From: Utricularia gibba
Lineage: Eukaryota > Plantae > Magnoliophyta
Direction: 5' to 3'
Length of the DNA: 64,000 bases
Assembly (NCBI GenBank): GCA_002189035.1
Contig: CM007991.1
Coordinates: 496,001 to 560,000, forward strand
The notes under the pieces were generated by a model. It had not been told where the DNA came from. It did no database searches and worked only from the letters and a program-made list of their open reading frames with translations. This document shows positions 12,374 through 28,393 of the stretch, piece after piece. The position numbers were made by a program, and so were the translations under genes. The stretch's first letter is position 1. Each line of letters begins with the position of its first letter.

Positions 12374-14163
12374 TCATATTGCAAAAATTCTCGCATGCGC
12401 ATCAAACAACAGCATGGCAGCCAACTCTGAGAACAGTATACCGAACCCGACCCCATTTGCTGAGCTTCCTGAGGGTGGGGTGCCAGGTGCAGGTGATGGA
12501 GGGGAATTTCCTCCTGAGCTTGAATTTGAGCTGCAGAGATGAACAAAACATGTTTCCTGTGAGAAAAGGATTCAGAAATGGAGATGTGAAGTGCTTACTT
12601 TGTCATGCTTTGCAAAAAATACAATTTTTACCTTCCTGAAAATATGCATGATCCATAGCCTGCCAATGAAACCAGATACAAATTGTCATTTCCTCTATAT
12701 AACTACATTGTTCAGGGAATCACAAGCAGCTTCATTGAAACTTACTGGGATCATTGTTAGTTAGAGAAGCTGTGCCACGGAAGTCGCAAGTCGCACCAGA
12801 ACTCTGCATCATCTGATAATACTGATTGTAAGCATAAGAGGCATGATTCTCTAGAGTGTTGGGGAGATAGCATGCTTGTCCAGCCTGAATGGCTGAGCAG
12901 TTAGCTCCACCAGGGCCACAAGCCCAATCAATGCCATCTTGCAATAAACTCTGATTGCCATCAGGCCTTGCAATACAAAACACCGTGGATGAAGAATTCA
13001 AACTTGTGGAGAGATCCAAGTTCAGATTATATACAGCACTGCCATTGCTGAAGAGTATTCCCCAGTACTTCTCTGAAACAGGACCAGGTCTCCTGTCTTC
13101 ATTGAAGAGTTCGTATATATATGTGTTGATGGGAATGGAGGGCTCAGAAGGAGGGCCTGAATCATTCAGAACACGGCTTACCAAGTTATTGATATATGCC
13201 TCTGCGTTTTCTGTATTAGCATCAGGCTCATTCGGACCGCCAAACCATGGCCAACCAGTTTCAGTCACAACAACAGGGATTGTAGAGAAGTTGAGAGCTG
13301 CTATTGAATAATAGACAGCATCAACCATAGCATCAAGCATGCCACTGTAGTGGAAAAGGGTGTTGGGGTCAACAACTTGATTGATCCTTGAGAGTGGTTT
13401 GTAAAGAGCATAGTCAAGAAGAAAAATGCCATTACTATTAGCATAACTATTGTAAGGATGAGCATTCACCATGTAAAATGAGTCTGTATCCCTAAGGAAC
13501 TGCAAGATTTGCACCATAGTTGAATTCCAAGTTGAATTAAAAGCAGCAGTAGAAGGAGGAAATGGTTGCGGGATTATGTCCATCGATTGTGGGGTTGAAA
13601 CTTTCACCAGATGGTTTAGATTTGAAGCAACAAGTGCCCTGTAGAGATGAGTCACGGCAGGAAAAAGAACTACTGAAGCATTTAGGTTTACAGAGAGAAC
13701 TTCACTCCCCACGGCTACTGCTGTGATATTAGTTGATGGCACATATGCAGCCACATTCTTGGCAATCCATTCAGCTGCTAAAGTTGCAGATTCCCCAATC
13801 TGTAGGACTTCATCATTTCGAACACTAACCATGACCTCAATTCCTGTGTTTGAGAGAGCATGCAGCATACGGGCATCGGCATCAAAGAGACGAACATGAG
13901 TGATTCTGTGAGCTCGAAGAATTGCAACAATGTCAAGAGGTGGAGGGATGTCTGAAACCCCTGTGCCAATGTTTATTCCAACAAACGCACCTGTGAATAC
14001 AAAGATCATAAACCAGAAAATTCCTTAAAGGTTTCTCTTACTCATAGTTCAAATAATGGCACTACATTAAATAATGTAACTGCCAACTATACAAACCTGC
14101 TGCATTGAAGAGAATTCCACAAAACAGCAGGGCATGATGAAGCCATGCAGTAGCAACCACCAT
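12374..14163 (-). CDS. Glucan endo-1,3-beta-glucosidase (GH17 + X8/CBM43, signal peptide, GPI-type tail; PdBG-like), 4 coding exons, ~498 aa
   Basis: Exons 14163-14097 (MVVATAWLHHALLFCGILFNAAG), 13990-12746, 12659-12632, 12530-12374 in frame (1497 nt). Catalytic AVGSE and VVVTETGWP; X8 Cys pattern (FCIA...IDWACG...NCSAIQ...CY...TCDF...GSCIF); Ser/Pro linker then hydrophobic C-terminus. Probable 5'UTR intron 14217-14744. Confidence 0.93.
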
Positions 14164-16279
14164 CAGCCGAGCTGATGAGTTACCTTATGCTATGATGCTT
14201 CTCCTCAACCTCGAAACTGTGATGAAAGGCACAAAGTAAGCACTTTATTGATATACATGGCTAAGACAACACCAAAAACGCATCTTGAAGTTGAATTTCA
14301 GACTTCTACTAGCCATATCCAATCTGAGAAACTGCTTCAAGATTAAATATTGACAGCAAATCGCTGCTCCTTTGACGCACAGTGTGGTCCATTTCAGAAG
14401 AAAATGATCAGATCTAAACCCCCCAAAAGAAAGAGGAAGTAGATTAAAGACAGAAGCAAGCAAACAATGAAGTGGAAGATATGTAAACAAAGGAATTAAA
14501 AAGCACATGGAACATGCCTCAAAATAGGAAGTTTATAAAGTGAAAACCAATCTAAAGACAGGATCTTTCTACCGAAAAAGAACAAGATAAAAAGCCAGAA
14601 TCAGGATCTGATCTTTCTAAACTCCAACTTTCCATACATTACAAAACCTTACAGCACATTTTGATTTTTTACAACCCAGGAAAAATTTAAAAAGTTTTAA
14701 CCCAGAAAAACCAAAGTACCGTTGGTGGTGTTAGCAGCCCTCACCTGAGTCGATGGCTTCAAAAACGGAACCCGGATACTAAATAAAAGCTAGCACACGC
14801 CACTCATAGCCAGAGACTCAAAACAAAAACGTTGGGGGTGAAATCAAAATAAATAAACCCACGCTGATGACAGTGAGCAGCAAATGAACACTCAAATCAA
14901 ACTAAAACGAAACAAAGCCCCACGTTTTTTCCACAACAGCAAGAACGCGGAAAAAAGGACACCAAAAATGAAGATCCATAAGCCAAGATTCACAATAAAG
15001 CTTGGGAAAAGAAGAGCTGACTCCCCCAGCTGGAATGAAGTTGCTGCGAGAAAGAAAAGCTGACTACAATGGTAATATTTTCTATTTATTTTTATTATTG
15101 ATATTCCTCACCAGTCCACCACGCTATGCAATTTAGACACCATGAGTCAACAATTTAGCCCCACCCAAGCCATTCCTAGGGTTTTACTACAAAAAAATCT
15201 TTATTTTATTTTAAACTTCGAATAAATATCTCTTAAATAATAAAAATATTAAAAAATCTTAATATAGAAATATCTGTGGGCGACGAATCGAGTACCTAGT
15301 CATGGACAAAGACAACGTTTAAATAAAGTGATTATAATAATTTTATGTGCCTTTTTTTTTCAATATAAACACAGGCGGGGCCCATGAGGATATGTAGGGA
15401 CAACCCACTCCTGCTTTAAAACAAAACTTATTTTGTAGTGATTTTTTTATATAGCATTTTAAAGCTTTTTTGTTGCAAAATATTAGTACCTTTTTTATCA
15501 ATAATTTTTTTAAAATAAAGCTAGATATATTTAGTCATACTTATAAAATATGAGAAAAAAAAACTTATAATATACAATTTTTTAAAACATGTAATTTATT
15601 AGTTATCTATTCATATCAACTTAATCAATCAAAAACATTGATTTCTTGTAATCGTATCTATTCATGCAAAATACATTATTAATAATGTATTTAAATTATT
15701 TATTTTTAAAAATAATAACTTAAGGAATTATACAAGTGTTTTACAAATCACATATTTCACATATAGCATAAGTTAACATTGATTCGGATTCGCACGTAAA
15801 TTTAGATTCATAATGATTTGTATTCTCTAATATTTGAAGAGTAGTTTCATAATACAAAAATATTATTTTGATATTTGTTATATGTTTCAAAATGTGGGGT
15901 GAAATGATATTAATCAGATTATTATATGCTTGTAGAGTAATTAAGAGGAATGATGAGGCCTGGGAGGGGAATCTTTTATTTGTTCGGTTTTTGAACGCGT
16001 TGGGAGATTTCTAAGGAAGTTGTTGGAAGCGACTTGGACCGTCAGCTGTCGTCTATCCAAATCCAGCACATCGCATTCAAAAAACGGAAGAGTCTGGGAG
16101 TGGCTCCCCACTACACACACTTTCGTGCACTTCTCTCCATTTTCTTTTTCCACTTTACCGTTGGGAGAAGGCGCACCCTTTTTGTCTTTCTTCACAGAAG
16201 CTTCTTCTTCTTCTTCGCCTAAGCGCATCGATCTCGTCGCTTTTTTGGATTCTTGATTCTTTTGTTGAGATCTTGAGAT

Positions 16280-19200
16280 ATGCTTGACGGGTTGTTCGGT
16301 CGCGGATTCAGTGCTAAATGGTTGTTTGATTTCTTTATTTTTTTGGGGTTCATTGTTCGTTTCCTTATCTGGGAATCGTTAATGGGGTACTGTGGTTCCC
16401 GGTTGCAGCAAGGTGCTGATAAAGGCGACCCGGGTGAGGATTCAGATGGTGAGGAGGAGGGTCGAGGCCAAGCAGAGGTTTCTAAAAGAGGATCTTGCTA
16501 AGCTGCTATCTAGTGGACTTGATGTGAATGCCTATGAGAGGGTACTTTTTTTCTCTCGTTTCATTCTGCTTCGTTTTTCTGTCCTTCTTTTGCGTGTTTT
16601 TATTGATTATTGTTCAGGATGATGTGATCGCGGTTTTGGGGTGTGATCATTTTGAGTTCTAAAGTAGTCGCAATTGATCGAATTTCAACGTTTTACCGGT
16701 GTCGGTTGATTTTGCTCTGGGTATAAGGCGGGAGTGAATTCTAAAGGAGTGATTTTACAGTGCTCTGGCTTTCACTCTTATTGACCTACTTGCGTCTTTT
16801 TCGACGGTTGGGATATTTATATCATGAGCGAAAAAGATGCCTTTCCTTTGGGGTTTCTAGTCGGATGGCCATAGGCACAAATTGAGGTGTGATTACAGTA
16901 GATCCCCAATTGCTCTCTTGATTACGATAGGATCATTCAATGGCACATGGCACTAGTCCTCATCTCTCATTGTGTAGGTCATTTATTCATCAATCCTTTC
17001 CAGTATACGGTGATGTTCATGTTGTATGTAACAATCTCAAACATATTCACTTCTTTGATTGATGCGGATGATTTCTTATATTTTTTTTCTCTTTGCTGCA
17101 TTATACAGATGGAAGAGTTTGTCGCTGGAATGACTCTCTTGTCATTTTATGACTTTGTTGAGCGTGCTTGCGAGCACATTTCAAAGCAGGCCTCAAAAAT
17201 GCAGAAACTGGGGTATGAACGTACCACATGGTCGATGCTGCTATTTGTGTTCTTTGGCTTGTATTCCGTATATGAAGAGAATACACCCCTTTCAATAGCT
17301 GTTGCGCAACAGGATGAAAAAAAAAAGATGGCAATTAAATGCAGAGCAAGTGTTTATATGATACCCCATTAGAGAGAAAGAATAGAGTATTAACTTCCAA
17401 AGGATGCTATAGACACGAAGTGCATTCTTTCCTAGAGTTAATGTTGTAATGTTTTTTTTCCTTACAGGGATTGCCCTGAAGAGTGTAGGGAGGATGTTTC
17501 ATTACTGATGTTCGCAGCTGCAAGGTTCGCAGATCTCCCTGAGTTAAGAGACCTTAGAGATATATTCCGGGAAAGATATGGCCCTTGTTTAGAAGTTTCA
17601 TCTAACCATAAGGTACATACCTTCAAATGTTGAAATACTTAGTATTACATTATACTTTCCTATTTTCCCACCCACTGGATTCCTGGTTGCAAGTTTGCTG
17701 AGAGGCTATCTCCTGCGCCGCCTACAACAGAAAAGAAGATCCAGGTGATGCAGAGCATAGCTTCGGAGTTCTCAATAAAGTGGGATGCCAAGGGGTTTGA
17801 GGAGAGGATGGTAAACCCTCCACGTGTTGCGCCGGTACATCTTTCCTTTGGTTTCTATGAATAAAAGAAACGAAACAACCATCAAGCATTACTCACATTA
17901 TAAGTATATGGGATGCCATTTATTGCGCATTCTCATCAGAATATGTTCATATTTGTTGCTGAAAGGGATGTAGAATATTGTGTTACTGCATTTGGATAAT
18001 CACACCATGTTGAAGGTCTTCCTGATCACCAGCATGCTTGCGTCCGTGGATCAAAAGATTTTTTCAATATAGGATAGAAAAGTTGTCTTGATATTTCATA
18101 TTGATATGTGCATGCTGTAGAATTTACTGTTAAGCTTATGTCATTGAATGGGAGAAGGATTCGGATGAATTGAATTTAGTTATAATCAGTTCATAACTCT
18201 AACTATGTTGTTGACTAACTCATTTTTACATGATCTTCAGGTCGGATTGCCAAGGACAGATAAAGTGAAGCAGAAGCCAGAGCTACCGTTTGAGGGCAGA
18301 CAGGGCAACTACGGTGACAATGGCACTAAATGGAGAAGAGAGGAAGCTGAATGTTATCGAGGGAAGAATTCAGTTGAGAATAAAGAGCGGTCTGTTTTGA
18401 AGGAATCGTTTTATGAAAAGCAAAAATTGTCCAAGAGTAGGCATACTGATCTGTTTGAGGAAGAGTTTGGTAAAGAACTCAAGGTGCAAAATCTGGGTAG
18501 CTCATCCCAAGGGAAAATGCAGGAGCGTGATGAACGCATGAGAATAGGCAATGGGAAACTTCAACCAGGAAACGGAGGCAGCACAGAAGCATTACGTCAT
18601 GAAAAAGTTGAGTTTTCTTCTGACCGTGTGGAGCATTCAGGTGGAAAGAAAACCGCAACTTCTTTGCAGAGGCAAACCGATCAAGATGTAATACAGAAAG
18701 CAGCAGCAGTAGAGAAGCAGGAAAAGAAGACTGATGAGGCGGTTAAATCCTTTTCTAATGGCATTCCACCTCCATATCTAAAGGCAAACGACAATTTTCC
18801 TGCTCCTCCGTACACCAAGCCCAAAGAAGACTGCATCAGAACTCATCGTGCATCTAAGTCTGAAGCTCCTGATATGGACGTGGAGTTTGCTAGTCACTCT
18901 TCCCGTTCGGTGGGTGATGCGACCGGCAACTCTAAAAAACCAGGGCATCCGAGTTCTGAAAAAGTTGCTCGGGCTGTGGGTGTAGAGAACCTTGGCATAG
19001 GGAGTGAGCATCAGGATCTGAACATTCCCCTTCCAACGCAAGGATCCGAGCGAAGGAAGCACCACAAATCATCATCCAGCAGTATGAAAAACCATTCTGG
19101 GAAGGGACTCCAGCGACTGTTCACTGAGGAGGAGCATCACAGAAAAGATGAAGAGGAGATACTGATGGATAGACTTCTCCTTCACTACAGCAAGAAGCCA

Positions 19201-19479
19201 TCCTTGTATGATGCAGAAAAGCTCCCAAAGTCCGGTGGCCGGCGTTCCCATGGTGACTATGGAGGATACATTGATGATGCTAATCGGAAAGAAGCTCCTG
19301 CTCCCAGTAGATCGACTTCTCTTCCCCGTGAGCCCCCAACTAGTTCCTCTGCTGGTACAAAGAAAGTCCTCAACCGTGCCAGCACCTTCCAACCTGATAA
19401 TCAGGCAAAGCATGTGCATCCTAAGCTCCCAGATTATGATGATCTTGCTGCCAAATTTGCTGCCTTGAAGGGTCGATAA
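16280..19479 (+). CDS. IST1-like protein (regulator of Vps4 activity, ESCRT-III), 6 exons, ~600 aa
   Basis: Exons 16280-16320, 16409-16541, 17109-17212, 17468-17612, 17694-17834, 18241-19479 in frame (1803 nt). Ist1 domain: MLDGLFGRGFSAKCK, KEDLAKLL, DCPEECREDVSLLMFAAARFADLPELRDLRDIF, K..VMQSIASEFSIKW. C-terminal HVHPKLPDYDDLAAKFAALK typical of the plant family. Confidence 0.88.
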
Positions 19480-19845
19480 AATGGAGGGGTGCTGACAAAC
19501 ATCATCCTGCTGCAGTTGCTCCAGTGCAAATACCATTCCTGCTTTCTAGTTTGTAGGCACTCTACAGCTAACTAATCATGGTGAATGAATGCTCCTCCGT
19601 ATCTACCCCATTTCCAACTACTAATATTCATACTATTTTTTCTCAATCGTATTTTTTACATTTATTTTCGGAATATTTAAATTTCTTTCATTTTTTTGGT
19701 GTATATAAATAATAAATGTGATTTTAACGAATTATTTTTTTAAGAAAATTATTATTGACGTGGCGGCGAGATATGCATAAGAATGGGGATGGTTTGAGAA
19801 GGAAGGAGATCGAGTACCACAACACTAGCGAAGTCAAGTACGTCT

Positions 19846-20292
19846 ATGGCGGCTGCCGGAGTGTTGAAGTTCACCGCCCTCGTCCTCTCTATCGTTGCCT
19901 TTGGAGTCTGTTCCGAAGGAAGTCCAGCCCACGATGAGTTGATGAATTTCGGTTTCCCGATCGGGCTGCTTCCGTCCCAGGTCGAATCGTACAAGCTCAA
20001 TCGCACTTCTGGGGATTTCATGCTTTCTCTTGGGACTTTGTGCAAAATCACACTGCCTCCGGACAATTATCTGGCAGCGTATTCCCCTAAGATTACCGGA
20101 AAAATCACCAACAACCGAATTTCGGAACTTGACGGGATCAACGTTAGGGCGCTGTTTAAGTGGTGGGGAATTACTGGAATCAGAGCCTCCGGAGATGATC
20201 TGGTTTTTGAGGTCGGAGTGGTCACGGTCAAATACCCTTCCAAGAATTTCGATAAGTCTCCCTTCTGTGAGGGTACCCGCTCTTCTTCGTGA
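19846..20292 (+). CDS. DUF538 family protein with N-terminal signal peptide, single exon, 148 aa
   Basis: Hydrophobic leader, then AHDEL..FGFPIGLLP..V..Y, LPPDNYLAAYS..ITGKI, I.EL.GI.VRALFKWWGITGI, LVFEVGVVT.KYP..NF..SP.CEG. Confidence 0.9.
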   Translation: MAAAGVLKFTALVLSIVAFGVCSEGSPAHDELMNFGFPIGLLPSQVESYKLNRTSGDFMLSLGTLCKITLPPDNYLAAYSPKITGKITNNRISELDGINVRALFKWWGITGIRASGDDLVFEVGVVTVKYPSKNFDKSPFCEGTRSSS

Positions 20293-20410
20293 AAGGTAGT
20301 GATTTTTCATTATGAAGACAAAAATTACTTGCTGGTTTTTCGTTTTACTTTATGGGAGTTTGTATTGATTCATTTTGTTGGTCAGTCTGTTCCGTTTATC
20401 AATCTGTCAT

Positions 20411-20830
20411 AGTCCCAGTTTTTTTGTAACCCTAATTGTTGATGCTTAGAATAGGGATGCTTTCTGGGCCTTAGTCCACTTGATCCGTTGGGTAGTGTTG
20501 CTTAACTAATTATTAAAGATTTCTGTTGCTGTGAATAGACGAAAAATGGTAGCAGAAGATGTTTGTTGAATTTTATGCATCGCGTTGTGTTTTATTTTTT
20601 AGATTGAAATGGGTTTCATGGTGATCAAATGATCTGAGCTTTTTCCTATCATAAACAAAGTCCCAGTTTATCTACAGCCTCAATTCGTGAAGTTAAGAAT
20701 AGGGATGCTTTCTGGGCCTTAATACACTTCACCTTTTGTGTGGTGGTAGTTCACTAATATTAGAAACTAGAACTTTTGAATGAGAAGGTGTCTGCTGAAT
20801 TTTGTGCCTCAGATTATTAAAGTTCCAGTT
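20411..20830. repeat. Diverged tandem duplication, 248-bp period
   Basis: AGAATAGGGATGCTTTCTGGGCCTTA (26 nt) exact at 20448-20473 and 20696-20721; AGTCCCAGTTT at 20411 and 20659; both pairs are offset by 248 bp. Confidence 0.75.
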
Positions 20831-21772
20831 TCTCGTGGGAGTTAATAAATTCAGTATCCCGACGAATAGTGCTAGATGTAGACTACAGATGAAATTCCTG
20901 AACCATTTCTTTTATGACAATTTGGAGATGCAATTTGATTTGGGTTTCTAACATATTAAGCATTGATTTTTTGCAGCAGCGCAATCAGTTTCCCACTTTC
21001 AAGCCTTGTCAGTTAATATAAGCGAGGCTCTGTGATATATAACGTATTAGTGGACTTGTTCTGAACATTTGATTTAGTAAAACTGTGTAATGTATCCTGC
21101 ACTTGAAGCATGTGCTTGATTACACTTATTGTGAGACCTATCAATCTGCTGTCATTTCCTTCATGGTTCTTTCCATTCGCATGACAGTGGTTAACTGGCA
21201 AACCAAGTGCTTCATGAATCTCAACTTCTTTATTTTGTACCCAAAGCGAGTAGTTTCTGAACATTGCCAGTTGGGGTCTCAAACAGAATATGATACAGTG
21301 GGTGACAAATTATTTTCCACTTCTGTCATGTGCTTTTTTACGATAGTTGTGAATGCAGATATCAACCATAAGGACTATTCTGTTCAAAGCATCATGTGAC
21401 ATCAAATGCGAACTTCAAACCATGCTGCAACAAAAGTTAAATAGAGTTGGGTAGGCACCTTCATGAAGATGAGCTGTAGCTGCGTTCACAAAGAGTGGCT
21501 TCTTAAATTTTCCAGCCATGCTTTGTATATTTATTTTTATTAAGAAATGAAAATTAGGCTGAAACACGTAATTATTATGAATTTAATTCTGTATAATTCA
21601 TTCAAAAAAAAAAGGCTTGGATCACTCCATATCACATCAAACAGCAATTTTTTAAAAAAAATTGGGCCTCAAGTAGTTTTATTGGGCTTAGTGCCTTATT
21701 CCAGGCCCAAAAAAGAAAGCCCAGTTCACACCCTGGGCCATTCATTACCTTGTTCACTGGAAGCAGGTGCTT

Positions 21773-23161
<1,389 letters not shown>

Positions 23162-23980
23162 TCACGTGGGTTTCCTTTTCCTTAAAAAGGTTTGTCGGCT
23201 TCGTTTGTCAGAAAAATGATGGGAATCCAACCAAAGGAATTATATCATGATCTATTTCAATCACATTTTCCTTTTAAATACAAATTATTCATATTTTTAT
23301 ATAAAAAATGTTTTTAGAAAATGTAATAATCAATTATCTCTTTCAATAATATTGTCTAATTCAAACACTAAACATTCATATTTTTACATTATTTATTTCT
23401 GAGAAAAAGATTTCAAATAAAATTATTAAAAACTATTCTATATAAATTGTTCCTTTTCCTCATACATAATAAAATTTATCTAATTTTTTTTATACTCTTC
23501 CTTAAGTCAGACTCTTCTTATCCCCTTAGAAATTTAGCATAATCGCTGACGTTTGCCCCATCATTGATTACATGTCATGTTTGTATCTCATATTAAATAT
23601 AATGATACACCTTCTACTTTCATAATATTATTTGTTCAAATATCAAAATTTTACGATTTTATGTTTTTTCATTTCAAGAAAAAAATCTCAAACAAAATTA
23701 AAGAAAATTAATCTATAAATTATATCTATTCATCTTCCATAATCGATGTGAGATTCAATTAAAATCTTTACATCATTTCTCGGGCGAGATCCTTTTTTAA
23801 GAAATAAAATCTAAATTACTAGAATTTTAGACGTTGTTTGCTATTCATACCAATTATTAAACGACAATTTTTACCAAAAGGGAATTGGGCCTTACAGTAG
23901 TTTTATTGGGCCAGATGCCTTATTCTAGGCCCACACAAAGCCCAGCACTCTGGACCAGTGCCTTATTCACTGGGAGCTTT

Positions 23981-25932
<1,952 letters not shown>

Positions 25933-26142
25933 GGTACTGCACTGCAGATTGCTCCTTTTTTTCTCCAGCCAAAGACTAGGTGGCATATGGCTCGGAAGCA
26001 CGCCATTGTAATAAAGAGCGCAGAGACAGGTAAAGTGGCATTATCCACATTAAAAAAACTTCAAAAATATCTTCTTGTCGGCTAAAATAAAAGAGAAACC
26101 GAATCGCCACTTTTGTAAAAAAAGACGTTGACTCCCACAAGC

Positions 26143-26214
26143 CTCACTCCTATTGGTGATTTGGATCGCGCTCACTCCTATTGGTGATTTGGGGTTGGGG
26201 GGGGGGGGGGGGGG
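26143..26214. promoter_or_regulatory. Duplicated 22-bp CCAAT-box module followed by a G18 run, upstream of peroxidase B
   Basis: CTCACTCCTATTGGTGATTTGG exact at 26143-26164 and 26171-26192 (reads ...CACCAATAG... on the peroxidase sense strand); G homopolymer 26197-26214; 211-282 bp upstream of the ATG. Confidence 0.6.
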
Positions 26215-27597
26215 TGGTCTTGAATGCTATGCCGCTCGCCCTTATCCCTTCCCTCTACTGCTTCTCTCTGTGTTTTTTTCAACCGGGATTTCGTTTTCGG
26301 GGTTGTTTTTTGTGGCCCTATGTCGTCATGTGGATAAAAGAGGCTTGTCGTACGGAAGAGAAGAAAAAAAATAAAGAGAAAGAGAGAAAGGATGAATCGG
26401 AATCCAACTCAGTGAAGTCTGCGATGGATGACACTGATATATTCCAGTCGATCTCTAGGTTTTTAAGTGGATGGACGAGCTTTCGGGCTGATAGGAGCGC
26501 CATGGCTACTTCCATTGAAGCTTTGAGCAAGTCTGTGTGCTTGAAAAAACGCAGCTTCATACTGTATGTTAAAAAATCAAAGTGAAATATTGAGAATACA
26601 ATAAATTATATATAACTAATAATCAATTAGATCTAATCTTTTTTAATATGATCAAAATTTATTATGTACTAAGATTTCAAATATAATCGATTGACCTATC
26701 GAATTTTAAACTTGAACACTTAATTCTACTTTTGTTATCCGCATTGGCTTCCCCTTTTCAATCCCTGGAGGTGGAGGAGGCGCCATCAATTCCAAACCGC
26801 GACTGGGTCAATTGGAAATTAAATATTCCAACGAATACCTCATCCATAATAATTTTAATAATTAATTATATTAATATAATTTTTTAATATAAATTTGGTT
26901 GTTTTAATATTTGACTTTAAGTTGAATGTTAAAATTTAATTTTTTTTTATTATTATAGATAATGTTCGAGTTATAATTAAATCTAATATTTTTATTACTT
27001 AAATTCAAAATATTTTCTTGTTTTTTTAAAGACAAAATCAAATATATAATGAACATAAATTATATTTTAAAAAAAGCATACAATGATCCTCATCAGAAAA
27101 TTTGCTCAGTATGAACAGAAGCTGCCTTGGTCACTACGCCATGTCAAAGTTTTCAACTTGAAACAAGATCCCTGTCGATCTACAGAAGAGAAGCCACTGT
27201 GATAGAGAAGTGTTTTCAAAGAAGTTATTTGACCATCTGCAATGGTTTTCCCGAAGTGAAACCAGCCCATGTGTATAGACAGACCATTTGACTTGTCGTT
27301 TGGGTCCTGATGTCCGACACAGTGTAAAGTCATGATAAATAGAACAAGTTTAGACTTGCTTTTGGGTTCTTATGTTAATTTTTGTGAAGATCAGATGTGG
27401 AATAGAGATCAAATACTGTAGTAATGTTCTTGGGTTTCATGTTTTGAGGGATTAAGGATGCTGTTTTATGCACGGTCCTGATGCTCAAATTTAAGCAGAA
27501 TGCGTGTATGTAAAGATAATCAACAGTTTTCATGAAAAGAGATGACACAGAGGCCGGGCCCGGGCGGCCGGATTGATGGAAAGAATGGAGATGCTGT

Positions 27598-28317
27598 TTA
27601 TTCAATGCTGGGGTTTTGATCCAGTAGCTCTGCGTACTTGATCTGTAAGATACTTTGCAGGACTTGAAATGGGGCAATGTCTCCGATCACCATCACCGTT
27701 TTCGCCTCCAAATCGACTCGGTATTCAAGCACTCCTGCTTCCACAACCATAACCATAAGCACCCATTCCAATTGCATCTACCAACACACAGAAAGTGGGA
27801 GTCGCTCTGTTTTTTTCCTTTTCCCCGAGGCACCAGACCCAGTTGAAGGATTGGTGCTAAGTTCCGTTTAACGTGTGCTAAATGCTGGTTTTGCTTTCTT
27901 TTTTTTTTTCTTGCTGATAAAGAGATAGATAAAAAAGGTGAGGTGTTGGATACCTTCCATCTTGGAGATTCGCCTGGCCACCTGCCTGGCGCAGCCATTG
28001 CAGTGCATGGAAACCCGCAAAACCACCTTCTGCAAACCCAAAAACAAGTGTTATTTTCTTGCTGTTGCATTTACGAAATCAAAAACTGGTATTCAAGTGG
28101 CTCATTGTGCTTTTACCTTGGGTTGCAAGTGGAAGGCAAGAGTGGGAGCGGGAGATTCAGCAATCAAGTCCCGGAGTTTGCCGGACTGCGGAGGGGGCGA
28201 CTCCGGCCTCATCAGATAGGCGCATTCCTGGGCGGATAAGTCCTCCTCATCGCCCTTCGTCTTACTGCAGATACAGCGCGTGCAGGCGGAGCCAAGATAC
28301 ATACAGAAAATATTCAT
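27598..28317 (-). CDS. Heavy-metal-associated (HMA) domain protein, NaKR-related, 3 exons, ~137 aa
   Basis: Exons 28317-28117, 28029-27954, 27734-27598 in frame (414 nt): TLAFHLQPK|KVVLRVSMHCNGCARQVARRISKMEG|VLEYRVDLEAKTVMVIGDIAPFQVLQSI. CxxC metal-binding motif intact. The start may instead be the in-frame ATG at 28407. Confidence 0.88.
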
Positions 28318-28375
28318 GCCTCCTCCCTCCAGAGAGCTTCTCTGCTGTCTGCACTGCCCTTGAGATGGGATTGTA

Positions 28376-28393
28376 AGCAGCAGCAGCAGCAGC
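28376..28393. repeat. (AGC)6 microsatellite
   Basis: Direct reading; encodes poly-Leu in the upstream in-frame extension of the HMA gene. Confidence 0.85.

Noticed and set aside
17691-17693. AAG acceptors in IST1 exon 5 and NPF6.2 exon 5 (55231-55229)
   Set aside because: Uncommon but canonical AG; both give in-frame conserved protein.
27735-27953. GTATCC donor in HMA intron 2, suggesting a U12 intron; I also checked all NUP205 and CK1 donors
   Set aside because: It continues GTATCCAA, not GTATCCTT, and I saw no U12 branch site. No U12-type donor elsewhere.
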